A stretch of DNA of 64,000 nucleotides. Origin: a bacterium (lineage in GTDB: Bacteria; UBA8248). A program made the translations under genes and the position numbers. Location: the NCBI GenBank assembly GCA_965202625.1, contig CBDBBI010000010.1:416001-480000 (forward strand), written 5' to 3'. Positions 30,201-39,532 of this stretch are shown here, in pieces. The notes below the pieces were generated by a model. That model saw nothing but the letters and a program-made list of their open reading frames with translations. It ran no database searches and had not been told where the DNA came from. Each line of letters starts with the position of its first letter. Positions within the stretch are counted from its first letter, which is position 1.

Positions 30201-31497
30201 GACGGATTCACTCCGCCAAATCGTTCCGAAGGACATGCGCGAACGAGCGGGGCTCAAGGATGACGCCTGGATTGAGAACGTCGCGGGACCAAAGAGTCGG
30301 CTCGCCAAGGCGGAGGCGGAAGTATGCGCAGATTACAAAGAGATGTCGAAGACTAAGGATACTCTCATCAAGGAGCAGCCTTCCAGGTGGACTGACAAAG
30401 TCAAACAACTGCAAAAACGTATGAAAACCATCGCCGGCGAACAAACCTTGAATTTCCTCTCACGCAAGGCCGTCATACCGAAATACGGGTTTCCGGTCGA
30501 CGTCGTCGAACTCGATACTCGGCCCGAATACGGCAACCGGACGGGCGTCACGCTCCAGAGAGATTTGTCCCAGGCTATCGCTGAATACGCGCCGGGCGGG
30601 AAGGTGGTGGCCAACAAACAAGAGTGGGAATCATGCGGCGTGAAGGTGGTGCCCGGAAAGGCATGGCCAGTCCGACGTTATCAATACGATGACGCCCGCA
30701 ATTTTGCGCAATGGAATGAAGGTGATCCATCCAGCTCGCACAAGCGCCTGGGGAATATGCAAGCTTATGGGAAATACTTGATCCCGGAGTTTGGTTTCGT
30801 AACGCCGTTGTTCAAGAAGCCCGAGAAGCCGAGCCGGCGAGCGCAACGATTGTACACAACCCGGCCGTTCTTTGGAGGCTTCGCTAACGACCCTCGTCTC
30901 GAAACTAAGACAATCCTCGGCGTCCAAATCACTAAAGCGGTGCCTGGTACCCTGGTCATATTATGCGAGGGCAAGAACAGGGAAGGCTTCTATATCTGCC
31001 GTTCGTGCGGCGCCCACATGACAGCGAAGAAAGCCGAGCACAAATCCCCCTCGGGTTCCGAATGTCGAGGCACCTTGGAACGCTTCTCGCTTGGGCACGA
31101 ACTGGTCACGGATGTGGTGCGCTTGCAGTTTCCGGGACTGCGTGACGAATGGAAGGCCTATTCCGTCGCCTACGCTGTCCTGCTCGGCGCGGCGAAGGCG
31201 CTGGACGTTCCGGATATGGACCTGAACGTGACGATTACGGGCGGCGGCGATTCGGATGCGTCCGCGATCGTGCTCTACGACAACGTGCCTGGCGGAGCCG
31301 GACTGGTGGAGCAACTGGAGCGGGAGAGCGTCTTCAGAGAGACGCTTCAAAACGCGCGCGCGCGGGTGGAGGGCAACTGTGGCTGCGACGCAAGCTGTTA
31401 CGGCTGCCTGCGCAGCTACCGCAACCAATTCGCGCATCCGCATCTGGATCGAGAGCAAGCGTTGCAAGCGTTGGAATCCCAACTCGCGCACGCATGA
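27227..31497 (+). CDS. Large SF2 DEAH-box helicase with Zn-binding motifs and C-terminal DUF1998 (Druantia DruE-like); frameshifted at T10 (27311-27320)
   Basis: PLYSHQ, TGTASGKTESF, YPMNALANDQ, TNYSMLE, VLDEAH, TSAT, FADSRQ, STTFEVGVD, QRVGRAGR; several CxxC pairs; LYDNVPGGAG...CGCDASCYGCLRSYRNQ. GGAGGT plus ATG 27227 gives MPDANDMQTIQTWPEKIRQRYENYLITSFFF, which joins the 27334 frame only with T8 or T11. Confidence 0.9.
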
Positions 31498-31644
31498 GAA
31501 CTTCAGGTTGTCTTCTCGTCGCAAGAGGCCTTGCAAGCCCTGGAATTCCGACAGCGTAGCTATGGCGCTGGACATCCCCTGAATTTGCTTGGTCCTGGGT
31601 CGGTTATTTCGGCTCTTTGGGGTTCTCATTTCACGGATGGAATC

Positions 31645-31803
31645 TCAATCGCCGCCTTTGATGAGCGCGGAGAACGTGGCGATGATTCCGTTGTCGTAAA
31701 GCGTCCATGCCGTCACCACCACCACGAGCGTCAAAACGCTGAGGAGCAGATATTCGAGCAAGCCATGCTTGGCGACGGATTTTTGGGAATTTCGTTTTGT
31801 CAT
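31645..31803 (-). CDS. Small Flp-pilin-like membrane protein (52 aa, below the ORF-track cutoff)
   Basis: MTKRNSQKSVAKHGLLEYLLLSVLTLVVVVTAWTLYDNGIIATFSALIKGGD: basic leader, EY motif, hydrophobic helix and TF. Confidence 0.55.
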   Translation of the reverse strand: MTKRNSQKSVAKHGLLEYLLLSVLTLVVVVTAWTLYDNGIIATFSALIKGGD

Positions 31804-31991
31804 GCGGGGGTTCTCGCGCTATGAGGGCCATGAAAAAGATGGAGGCGGTCGTGCACATTATAAACGCGACTCCTCGCTGGCGAAACCGGGCGCGCGGCGG
31901 GGAATGAAAATCTGAATGGACAAGGGTGGGGCATCCGTTTATGGTATGGTATAGATTGTCTGTCATTCTCCCGGGGAGTTTTGTATTGGGC

Positions 31992-32555
31992 ATGGATTCC
32001 GCAAAGCATAATTTTGGCGAGGCCGAAAAAATTCGAACGGAGGCGATTGGAGTTGCGGGCAAAAGGATTTTTCGCATTCTGATTGATTGTCCAACAAGGG
32101 CGGCCGCAACTCTTTGGCTGGAGAAAGAGCAGGTCTACGGCCTTTCGATGGCCATGAAGAAGATGGCGGGTGCGAAAGAGCCGGAAGGGCGAGCGAACCC
32201 GGATGCGGATTTTCCGGACGTCGCCGAGGCTGATTCCGCACCGCTGAGTCCCGGCGTCTTGCTCGAGTTCAAGGTGAGTCGTTTGGGGCTTGCGTATGGG
32301 CCGGGCGAGAGTCGTGTCACCGTCTTTTTCTACGACGAGTGCGATGAGGTTTCTGAAGGAGAAGAAGAATACGAGGCGGAAGCCGTCTCCCCCCCTGCGT
32401 TGCAGGTGAACATCGGCCAGGCGCAGATGGATGAATTTATCACCCAGAGCTTGGATGAATGCGCATCCGGGCGGGGAACCGACGCTCTCTCTCGCCACGC
32501 CATGGTGGCTACCGGAAAAGTTGACCCCAATACGAATGGGCATTTTCATCATTAG
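31992..32555 (+). CDS. DUF3090-family protein
   Basis: EAIGVAGKRIFRI, TLWLEKEQV, EFKVSRLGLAY, terminal NGH, and adjacency to an SCO1664-family gene. Confidence 0.75.
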   Translation: MDSAKHNFGEAEKIRTEAIGVAGKRIFRILIDCPTRAAATLWLEKEQVYGLSMAMKKMAGAKEPEGRANPDADFPDVAEADSAPLSPGVLLEFKVSRLGLAYGPGESRVTVFFYDECDEVSEGEEEYEAEAVSPPALQVNIGQAQMDEFITQSLDECASGRGTDALSRHAMVATGKVDPNTNGHFHH

Positions 32556-32586
32556 GGCGTCGCCGTCCATCCCATAGGAAAATCCA

Positions 32587-33366
32587 GTGGCCCGGAGATA
32601 CGCATCTCGCAGAAGCCCTGACTCTTTGGAGCCGTCTAGAGCGCGGGCGCACCGATTCGCGCCGGAGGAAATCGAAGACCTCCTCCGTACTTCCGAAATC
32701 CTGGACGGCGAGCTGGTCCCGCAAGGCTCGAACTATACGTTCGCCGTGAAAATGAGCGCGGAGAATCTTCAGTTTTGGGGAATATACAAGCCGGCGTGCG
32801 GAGAGCGTCCCCTTTGGGATTTTCCTTACGGGACGCTTCATCTGCGGGAGAGGTGTTCTTTTTTGGTGAGTCGTCATCTGGGGTGGCACTTGGTTCCTCC
32901 GACGGTCATTCGAGAAGGCCCGCATGGCGAGGGTTCCCTGCAGCTTTGCGTGCCCTATGACGGGAAGTCGAACTATTTTACGCTCAGGGCGGAGGCGCGC
33001 CCGGAACTCTTGTTGCTCGCCGCTTTTGACGTCATGGTGAACAACACGGATCGCAAGGGTGTGCATTGCTTTAAGTCCGAAGACGGCCGCGTCTGGGGGA
33101 TTGACCATGGTCTCACGTTTCATTCTGAGCCAAAGCTGCGCACCGTTATCTGGGACTACGCGGGGTTTTCCTTGCCCAAGGAGCGGGTGCGCGACGTCAA
33201 TCGTCTCGATGAGGACTTGCGAAATGGAGAAAGCCCTTTGAGGCGCGAGATGGACGCCCTTTTGGAGTCTGAGGAAGTGGGCGTTTTTATAGAGAGAGTG
33301 ATGCGGTTCAGGGAAAAACCATGCTTGCCGACGCCGGAGGAGTATCGGCGCCTGCACTTTTCATAA
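32587..33366 (+). CDS. SCO1664-family (PI3/4-kinase-like) protein
   Basis: GSNYTF, IYKPACGERPLWDFPYGTL, VPPTVIREGPHGEGSLQ, FDVMVNNTDRKG and GIDHGLTF. Confidence 0.88.
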   Translation: MARRYASRRSPDSLEPSRARAHRFAPEEIEDLLRTSEILDGELVPQGSNYTFAVKMSAENLQFWGIYKPACGERPLWDFPYGTLHLRERCSFLVSRHLGWHLVPPTVIREGPHGEGSLQLCVPYDGKSNYFTLRAEARPELLLLAAFDVMVNNTDRKGVHCFKSEDGRVWGIDHGLTFHSEPKLRTVIWDYAGFSLPKERVRDVNRLDEDLRNGESPLRREMDALLESEEVGVFIERVMRFREKPCLPTPEEYRRLHFS

Positions 33367-33489
33367 TTTTGGAGCCTAGGTTGCAACGGTCGAGGAGCCG
33401 GAAGGCGAGCGAGGGGCAAGGATAGAGAGATTAGGCGGGAGCAGGGAAAGTTTCCTGAAACCCGAAAATGGTTCGTGACGGCGATTTTG

Positions 33490-33854
33490 TCCGGAAATAT
33501 CGATTGGCAATTATATACTTGAATCTGCAAAGGAATTAAGAAAATCCCTTTCCATGCAATTATCCACAACAACTTTAGTTGTTGGATACTACCAATTTTT
33601 CCAAACTTGGTTACATTAAATATATTAAATATAGGAAAAATATCTGCTACAAAAACCGCAAATGCGTTTTGTGTCACCAAACACCCCGAGTGTGTTTCTT
33701 TTTTTGCTTGTTCTTTCATGGCTTCTCTTTTTTGTGCTTTTTGATCGTTGGATGTTTGCTTGGCGAATTGTGGTGGCTTATATTTCTCTACACCCTTCAC
33801 ACAACCCACTAGAATTATCCCGATTGCAACAATTCCCAAGATAAGATTTCTCAT
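33490..33854 (-). pseudogene. AT-rich, probably degenerate lipoprotein gene
   Basis: Lipobox signal MRNLILGIVAIGIILVGC in a markedly AT-rich stretch. The ORF later loses protein-like character and runs antisense into the SCO1664 gene; the 3' boundary is approximate. Confidence 0.4.
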
Positions 33855-34044
33855 TATTGCAACTCCCGGTATGTTGTTCTTATTCCCATATCGGTTTGAC
33901 CATATAATTTCTTGATTCTATCTGAAAGGGAAACTTTCTGCCTTTAGACGTTTACGGCAGGTGGTTCAATGAAAACAAAATATAACTAACAACCAGTAAA
34001 AGAGCGAATTGAAGCGAGATAATTTGGTGCTTCTTCGGCGAACG

Positions 34045-34947
34045 CTAGGTGTTCTTGTGCCAGAGCCGGGGGCGGTTCACCTTTTTGATATGGGTCGCGA
34101 CGTATCGCACGAGGTCGGGGTTGCCGATGAGGAGGGATCGACGCCATTTGCGCGCGGCGTCTAAGTCTTTGGGCGTGTTTTCCTCCGAGAAGAACTTCTC
34201 CAACTCGCTCCATCTCTCGGTATAGAGACGCCGGGCGAGTGTTATGCCCCCCGCCTCTTTCACGATGAGAGTCCCTGCCGCCACGTCCCAGATGCTCGGG
34301 ACGCTAAAGAGCGCGTAGTGCAGGCTGCCGCGCGCCACGAGTGCCTGCTCGTAGCACATAGAGCCGGTGGAGCGCACCTCGCCCAGGTTTTTCTTGAGTG
34401 GTCCCGTAGGGCGAAATTGCGTCCAGTACGTCCCAGGGAGCGCGGCGATACGCTTTCCCGTGGGTCGATTCTCGCGCGCGGCTTCAATGGGGCGCCCATC
34501 CCGAAACGCCCCGCCTCCCTCGTGCGCGCAATAGATGACGCCTTTGTCCTCAGGTGTGAAAATAGCCCCCGCAACGGGGCGACCACGCTTCAAGACCCCC
34601 ACGGAACAGCCCCAGACGTGTAAGCCGTTCAGAAAATTTTTCGTGCCGTCCAGAGGATCCAAAACCCACAGATATTCGGGCAACGCGCGCGCGCCCTGCC
34701 TTGTGGCCTCATCCTCATCTTCGGGTTTCTCCTCGCCGAGGACGCCATGAGCGGGAAATTTCTCGTTTATCGCCTTTGTCAAAAACGCCTGGCTCGCGCG
34801 GTCGGCTTCGCTCACCGGGTCAGTTTCGTCCTTGTTTTTGTAGTCCACCTTCACTTGCGCACCGAAAAGACCCATCAACATTTCTCCCGCCTCACGGGCG
34901 AATTTTGAAGCGGCATCGCTGAGGGTCTGGGGGGTGGGGTCGCTCAT
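34045..34947 (-). CDS. Inositol monophosphatase family protein
   Basis: PVSEAD, LGEE, WVLDPLDGTKNF and WDVAAG. Confidence 0.92.
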   Translation of the reverse strand: MSDPTPQTLSDAASKFAREAGEMLMGLFGAQVKVDYKNKDETDPVSEADRASQAFLTKAINEKFPAHGVLGEEKPEDEDEATRQGARALPEYLWVLDPLDGTKNFLNGLHVWGCSVGVLKRGRPVAGAIFTPEDKGVIYCAHEGGGAFRDGRPIEAARENRPTGKRIAALPGTYWTQFRPTGPLKKNLGEVRSTGSMCYEQALVARGSLHYALFSVPSIWDVAAGTLIVKEAGGITLARRLYTERWSELEKFFSEENTPKDLDAARKWRRSLLIGNPDLVRYVATHIKKVNRPRLWHKNT

Positions 34948-35993
34948 GCCTCGCGCTCCAGGGGAGATAGGCCCAGTCTTCGCGCGATTTCGTCGAGCTC
35001 CGCAAGCCGCTCGGGCGATAGTGTAAAGCCGTCTCGTCTGCGCGCCGTCTCCTGCTGACGCTCGATTTCGCCCGGTATGAAAATGCGCTCGACGCCCACC
35101 GCCTTTGGTGTCGCCTTGATGACGGAGATAAACGCGTTGGCGGCGGCTCGAAATTTCGACAAGGGGAGCAGTGCCTCGACGTTGATGGCCGCGAAAACGC
35201 TGGTGACGCGACTCTTGCCGCTGAACTCGTTGATACCCACGATTTCGTGGCTATGGCCTCCACCGGCGAACGACCCCAATATCGCGTCAATCACGATGGA
35301 AAGGCCGCTTCCCTTATAGCCCGCAATCGGGGAAAGGAGGGAGCTTTCCAGAACCTCGTTGGGGTCGGTGGTGGGTTTTCCCTCCTTATTTAGTCCCCAA
35401 CCCTCGGGAATGGTTTTGCCGGCACGCGCCGCCTCAATGATATAGCCGCGCGCCACGACGGAGAGTGCCATGTCCAGCACCATGGGCGGCTCGCTTGGCA
35501 CGGCGATGGAGATGGGGTTGTTGCCGATCTTGGCTTCGCGTCCTCCGGCCGGCGGCAAAACGCGCAGCGTGTTCGTCGTCACGAGGCCCACCATGCCCGC
35601 TTCCGACGCAATGGCTGCATACGTTGCCGCGGCGCCGAAATGGTTGCTCTCCTTGAGCAGGACGACGCCCACGTTGTGTTTTTTCGCGCGTGCGATGGCC
35701 TCTTCCATCGCGCGTCTGGAGACCACTTGCCCCATGCCGTTGTCGCCATCGGCGAGTGCGAGCGCGCCGGCGCCCTTGACGAGCCGGAAATTCGGGTTTG
35801 GATTCGCCAACTTGACTTCCAGCCGTTTGGCGTAATGGGGCATGCGAATGACTCCGTGGCTGGTGACGCCGCGCAACTCGGCCATCACGAGCGTCTCCGC
35901 CGTCCAGGCAGCGTCTCCCTCCGGCAAACCCAACTTCGCGAACGCCTCACGCAAAAACAAGTGGAGCTTCGCGCCTGTCGTATGCCCTCTCAT
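34944..35993 (-). CDS. Ldh_2 (malate/L-lactate/L-sulfolactate dehydrogenase) family oxidoreductase
   Basis: AELRGVTSHG, DGDNGMGQV, SNHFG, GNNPIS, LDMA, YKGSGL and IPGE. Confidence 0.92.
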   Translation of the reverse strand: MRGHTTGAKLHLFLREAFAKLGLPEGDAAWTAETLVMAELRGVTSHGVIRMPHYAKRLEVKLANPNPNFRLVKGAGALALADGDNGMGQVVSRRAMEEAIARAKKHNVGVVLLKESNHFGAAATYAAIASEAGMVGLVTTNTLRVLPPAGGREAKIGNNPISIAVPSEPPMVLDMALSVVARGYIIEAARAGKTIPEGWGLNKEGKPTTDPNEVLESSLLSPIAGYKGSGLSIVIDAILGSFAGGGHSHEIVGINEFSGKSRVTSVFAAINVEALLPLSKFRAAANAFISVIKATPKAVGVERIFIPGEIERQQETARRRDGFTLSPERLAELDEIARRLGLSPLEREA

Positions 35994-36631
35994 TCGAAGC
36001 CCTCGCGCGTGAACAAATACGCCATCCCGTGCCTAACGTGTTCTCCGATGCTCACCGCGCTCAAAAAGTCAGTCCGAGAAACCGACCATCGGTTCACCTC
36101 GCTCAATTCCCTCACGCTCCAGCCGGGCGCGTTCCATAGCGCCTCGCTTCCGGCGTAGCCCGGTCCTCTTTGCGCTACTGCCAGGTACCAGCGCAGGCTG
36201 GGTGCGCGCAGTATCAGCTGCTCGGCGCCGGAATCAAACGGCAGCCAGCAGGAAAACACGAAATCAGGCGCGTGGGCGATGAGCGCGTCTCTCGCGTCCA
36301 AATGCTCGGTTTCACCGCTGCCGACTGGATCGGTGAGCGTAAGGTTCACTCCGCCCGCTTGCAGTGCTTTTCCAATCACGGCGTTGCCGGCCCCTACTTC
36401 AAGGAGCCTTCGGGGCGAGAGAGCGGAGATTTCTTCTATCAGCGCATCCAGCCACTCTACGACGGGGAGTTGATAGATGTTTTTTCTTTCGCAGAAAACG
36501 AGCCAGCCTTCGCCTCGCTCTTCCTTGGCAAGCCTCGATATGGCTTCGGCGTAGGGCAGGGGGTTCACCCAGAGCTCCGCATGAAGCGAACCTTTGTCTG
36601 TCGTTTTACGCGCGAAACAAAGCGACACCAT
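35990..36631 (-). CDS. Hypothetical protein with a SAM-dependent methyltransferase-like motif
   Basis: LLEVGAGNAVIG glycine motif and FSCWLP; sits in operon order between uxaA and the Ldh_2 gene; start uncertain. Confidence 0.55.
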   Translation of the reverse strand: MVSLCFARKTTDKGSLHAELWVNPLPYAEAISRLAKEERGEGWLVFCERKNIYQLPVVEWLDALIEEISALSPRRLLEVGAGNAVIGKALQAGGVNLTLTDPVGSGETEHLDARDALIAHAPDFVFSCWLPFDSGAEQLILRAPSLRWYLAVAQRGPGYAGSEALWNAPGWSVRELSEVNRWSVSRTDFLSAVSIGEHVRHGMAYLFTREGFE

Positions 36632-36704
36632 CGGGGGAAAGCGCGCGCAACCCCTCGCGCGACGAACCCTCCGCCAGGCAGCTTCCGGTTGATGGCGCTT
36701 ATCT

Positions 36705-37916
36705 TTATACGCTAGGGCCGTTTCTGTTGATGGCGAAGGCGTTGTCCTCATGGAGAATTTCGGCTTTCGTCATTTTCCCGCTCGCGACGTCAAGCACCTC
36801 GTCATAAACGCGCCGTCCCGCCACTTCGATGGGCGCGCCCTCAAAGATGTCCGTCACATCCACGTCCGTGGTGTCGGCCTGTAGCCTCGCCGAGAGAGGG
36901 TTGCCCGTGATGCGGATGGTGCTCATCAAGGGGTGGTTGATTGTGTGGCCGCCGCCGGTCGAGAAAATGAGCACCTGGGCACCGCCCGCGGCGATGCCGG
37001 TGATGGATTCCCCCCCGTGGCCCGGAGTGTCCATCACGTGGAGTCCGCTTTCGCGTCCCGCGCGCCTCGCCCACGGAATCACGTCCACGATGGGGGCCGA
37101 ACCCGCCTTTTGAATGGCGCCCAGAGATTTCTCTTCTATGGTGGTCAAGCCGCCTTCCATGTTGTCGCCCGTGGGCTGGCTGCCTCTCAGGTCAACGCCG
37201 CAGGCGAGGATGCGCGCCTCCATTTCCTCCACCATTTTCCAGATGCGCTTGCCAAGAGCCGGTCTCACGCATTTGGCGGCTAGGACGTCTTCGCCGCCCA
37301 TCATCTCCGTCGTCTCGGCCAAAAGCGCGCGTCCGCCCTGCTTGACAACCTGATCGGTCACCCAGCCGGTGGCTTTGTTGTGGGAAAGCCCTGACGTCGT
37401 GTCCGAGGTCCCGCAGTTGAGGCCCAGCAGGAGTTTGCTCACGGGGATTTCCTGGCGGCGTTCGCTCGTGAGGCTTCTGAGCATCTCCATGCCGATGCGC
37501 GTGGCCTTGGCGGTGGCATCTATTGCGCCCCCGTCTTCACGAATGTTGATCGCCTCCACACGCTTTCCCGTTTTGGCGATTTCATGGGCGATCTCCTCCG
37601 CCGTGCAGCCTTCCTCCCGGTGGTGATCGATGACGATGACGGCGCCCGCGTTCGCGTTTTTCCCATGTCCGACGAGGGTTTCAAACGTTCGCTGAATGTC
37701 GGGGCCGATCTGGCAGCGTCCCAGCGGGTGGGTGAGGGCGACGCTATGCCTTAGGGTTCTGGCGACGCGCTCGCACGTGGGGTTGGCGTAAAGGGTGCCA
37801 CTTAGCAAGAGCAGGTAGTTTCTGGCGCCCACGTCTCCATTTTCCCTAGGGTATCCCCACCAGGCTTTTCTCAGGTGTCGCGGCGATTTCACGGCTTTTC
37901 CGTTTTTTCTGGCCAT
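36705..37916 (-). CDS. UxaA/GarD-family dehydratase large subunit (SuyB-like)
   Basis: GYPRENGDVGARN, LNCGTSD, NMEGGLTTIEEKSLG, MDTPG and FSTG. Confidence 0.9.
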   Translation of the reverse strand: MARKNGKAVKSPRHLRKAWWGYPRENGDVGARNYLLLLSGTLYANPTCERVARTLRHSVALTHPLGRCQIGPDIQRTFETLVGHGKNANAGAVIVIDHHREEGCTAEEIAHEIAKTGKRVEAINIREDGGAIDATAKATRIGMEMLRSLTSERRQEIPVSKLLLGLNCGTSDTTSGLSHNKATGWVTDQVVKQGGRALLAETTEMMGGEDVLAAKCVRPALGKRIWKMVEEMEARILACGVDLRGSQPTGDNMEGGLTTIEEKSLGAIQKAGSAPIVDVIPWARRAGRESGLHVMDTPGHGGESITGIAAGGAQVLIFSTGGGHTINHPLMSTIRITGNPLSARLQADTTDVDVTDIFEGAPIEVAGRRVYDEVLDVASGKMTKAEILHEDNAFAINRNGPSV

Positions 37917-37932
37917 GATGGGACTCCTCTTT

Positions 37933-38226
37933 CTAGGCGAGGTCGCCGCGGCCGCGGGCGCTCTCGATGTTGTGGACGTGAACGTAGTCGCCCACCTCGA
38001 TATCCTGGCTCGCCACGCCGATGGACAAGCCGTATTTCATGCAGCGTTCGCCCTTTTTGAGAGGCTTGACGCAAATTTTGTGGATGTAAGGAATCGCCCG
38101 TTTGGCCTTGAGCGTTTCGCCCATCTTACCGTTGAGCATGAGGCGAACAGAATCTCCTTCCCCCACTTTTTCGAGACAGGTGGCAACGTTGTCTCCCTCT
38201 TCAATGATCATGGCGGTTACGGGCAT
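37933..38226 (-). CDS. SAF-domain small subunit of a UxaA-family enzyme (SuyA-like)
   Basis: DNVAT, IPYIHK, KYGLSIG and GDYVHVHNIESARGRGD; ATG 38226 follows GAAGGAGA. Confidence 0.9.
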   Translation of the reverse strand: MPVTAMIIEEGDNVATCLEKVGEGDSVRLMLNGKMGETLKAKRAIPYIHKICVKPLKKGERCMKYGLSIGVASQDIEVGDYVHVHNIESARGRGDLA

Positions 38227-38359
38227 ATCTTCTCCTTCAAAAATCAGGCCGCGAAAGGCCGCTCGTATGATGGATACTTGAGGAACGTCCAATCAGAGCA
38301 ATTCATAAATCTAGCGTATGGCGGCCCACACTTCAACAAAGACGAAGGTTTTCACCCGC

Positions 38360-39409
38360 TCAGACCCTGGGCAACGGCGCCACGCCCACCTCCGCCGCTA
38401 TACGGTCCATATCCTGGACGAGCGCTCCCTTGAGCATGATGCCCTCAGAGAGAGCGGCTTGATATCTGCGGTGCGCGCCCTCGCCCGGAATGCGAATTTC
38501 ATCGAAGCCGGGTGCCAGACCCGACGCCTTGAGCCGCGCGACGGCCTCGTCAACGGCCGCTTTGTAATCGCCGCCCAGGCATCTGTCCGGGTCTATCGCC
38601 ATGACGAACATGGGGAGGCCAAAGGGTTTTTCCGTCTCCAGCCAGTCAGGTTGGTCGGCCTCGAAGCCGTTGCCCGACAATGCTCCTGTCAAAAAGGTGA
38701 ACATGAGCGCCAGTCCGTATCCTTTGTAATCGGCTAAAGGCAGCATCGCGCCCTTAGCGGCCAGGGCGGCGTCCGTGGTCGGATTGCCCAGAGGATCCAG
38801 TGCCCATCCCTCGGGAATTGGCTCTCCAGACTTGGCCGCCAGAAGAACGTAGCCTCTCGCCACTTTGGACGTCGCAATGTCAAAGAGGATAGGGTATTCT
38901 TGGTTGGATGGAACCGCGAAGGCCACCGGATTGTTTCCGAGCATGCGCTCGGAACCACCCCACGGGGCGAGATTCCCCACCGCCCCACTGATGACCACGC
39001 CTATCATGCCATGAGCGAGTGCCATGGCGGCAAAATAACCGATGTGGCCCGTGTGAGAGGATTTTCTTATCGCGGCCGCGCCGATTCCACCGGCCCGGGC
39101 GTTCTCGATCGCGACCTCTACGGCGCGGCGCGCAACGACGGCGCTCATGCCGTAGTCCCCATCAAGGAGGGAAAAGGCAGGTAGGCTCGTGATCGTCCGG
39201 ACGGAGGGCCTCGGGTTCGCCGTTCCGTTTCGGAGGCGATCCGCAAAAACTCCGAAACGGACGCAGCCGTGAGAATTCACGCCTCTCAGCTCGGCGTCCA
39301 CCATTTGGGCCGCGCACATTCCGGCATCAGGTTCTGGCAGCCCGAGGGCTTGATAGGCGCGCGCGAGATACGCATGAAGCGCTTTTGCGTCCACCTTGAC
39401 GTCCAGCAT
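38360..39409 (-). CDS. Ldh_2-family oxidoreductase
   Basis: AELRGVNSHG, SSHTG, GNNPVAF, DIATS, YKGYGL and IPGE; start at MLDVKVD (ATG 39409). Confidence 0.92.
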   Translation of the reverse strand: MLDVKVDAKALHAYLARAYQALGLPEPDAGMCAAQMVDAELRGVNSHGCVRFGVFADRLRNGTANPRPSVRTITSLPAFSLLDGDYGMSAVVARRAVEVAIENARAGGIGAAAIRKSSHTGHIGYFAAMALAHGMIGVVISGAVGNLAPWGGSERMLGNNPVAFAVPSNQEYPILFDIATSKVARGYVLLAAKSGEPIPEGWALDPLGNPTTDAALAAKGAMLPLADYKGYGLALMFTFLTGALSGNGFEADQPDWLETEKPFGLPMFVMAIDPDRCLGGDYKAAVDEAVARLKASGLAPGFDEIRIPGEGAHRRYQAALSEGIMLKGALVQDMDRIAAEVGVAPLPRV

Positions 39410-39532
39410 ATTTTTCTCCTCGCGCGCGAGCATCACGAAGCGCAAACTCGCCCTTCGCGTTGGCGAGCGGAAAAAAGAGTGGTAAGAGTCATTGCTCATG
39501 AGTTTGCCTTTTGATGGGGAGGGTTCGCAAGC

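Noticed and set aside
27227-31497. Calling the helicase locus DISARM or canonical Druantia type I/II
   Set aside because: No methyltransferase, DrmC/PLD, SNF2 or DruA-D/M/F/G-like genes are adjacent, and the helicase and DUF1998 are in one polypeptide. Only Druantia-like is supportable.
33370-33480. Possible SRP/tmRNA-like ncRNA (GGAGCCGGAAGGCGAGC)
   Set aside because: Only a superficial likeness to the SRP GGAA loop; flanking stems and conserved motifs could not be built.
24425-34045. Integrative mobile element or prophage
   Set aside because: No integrase, transposase, tRNA target, phage genes or clear flanking att repeats were seen.
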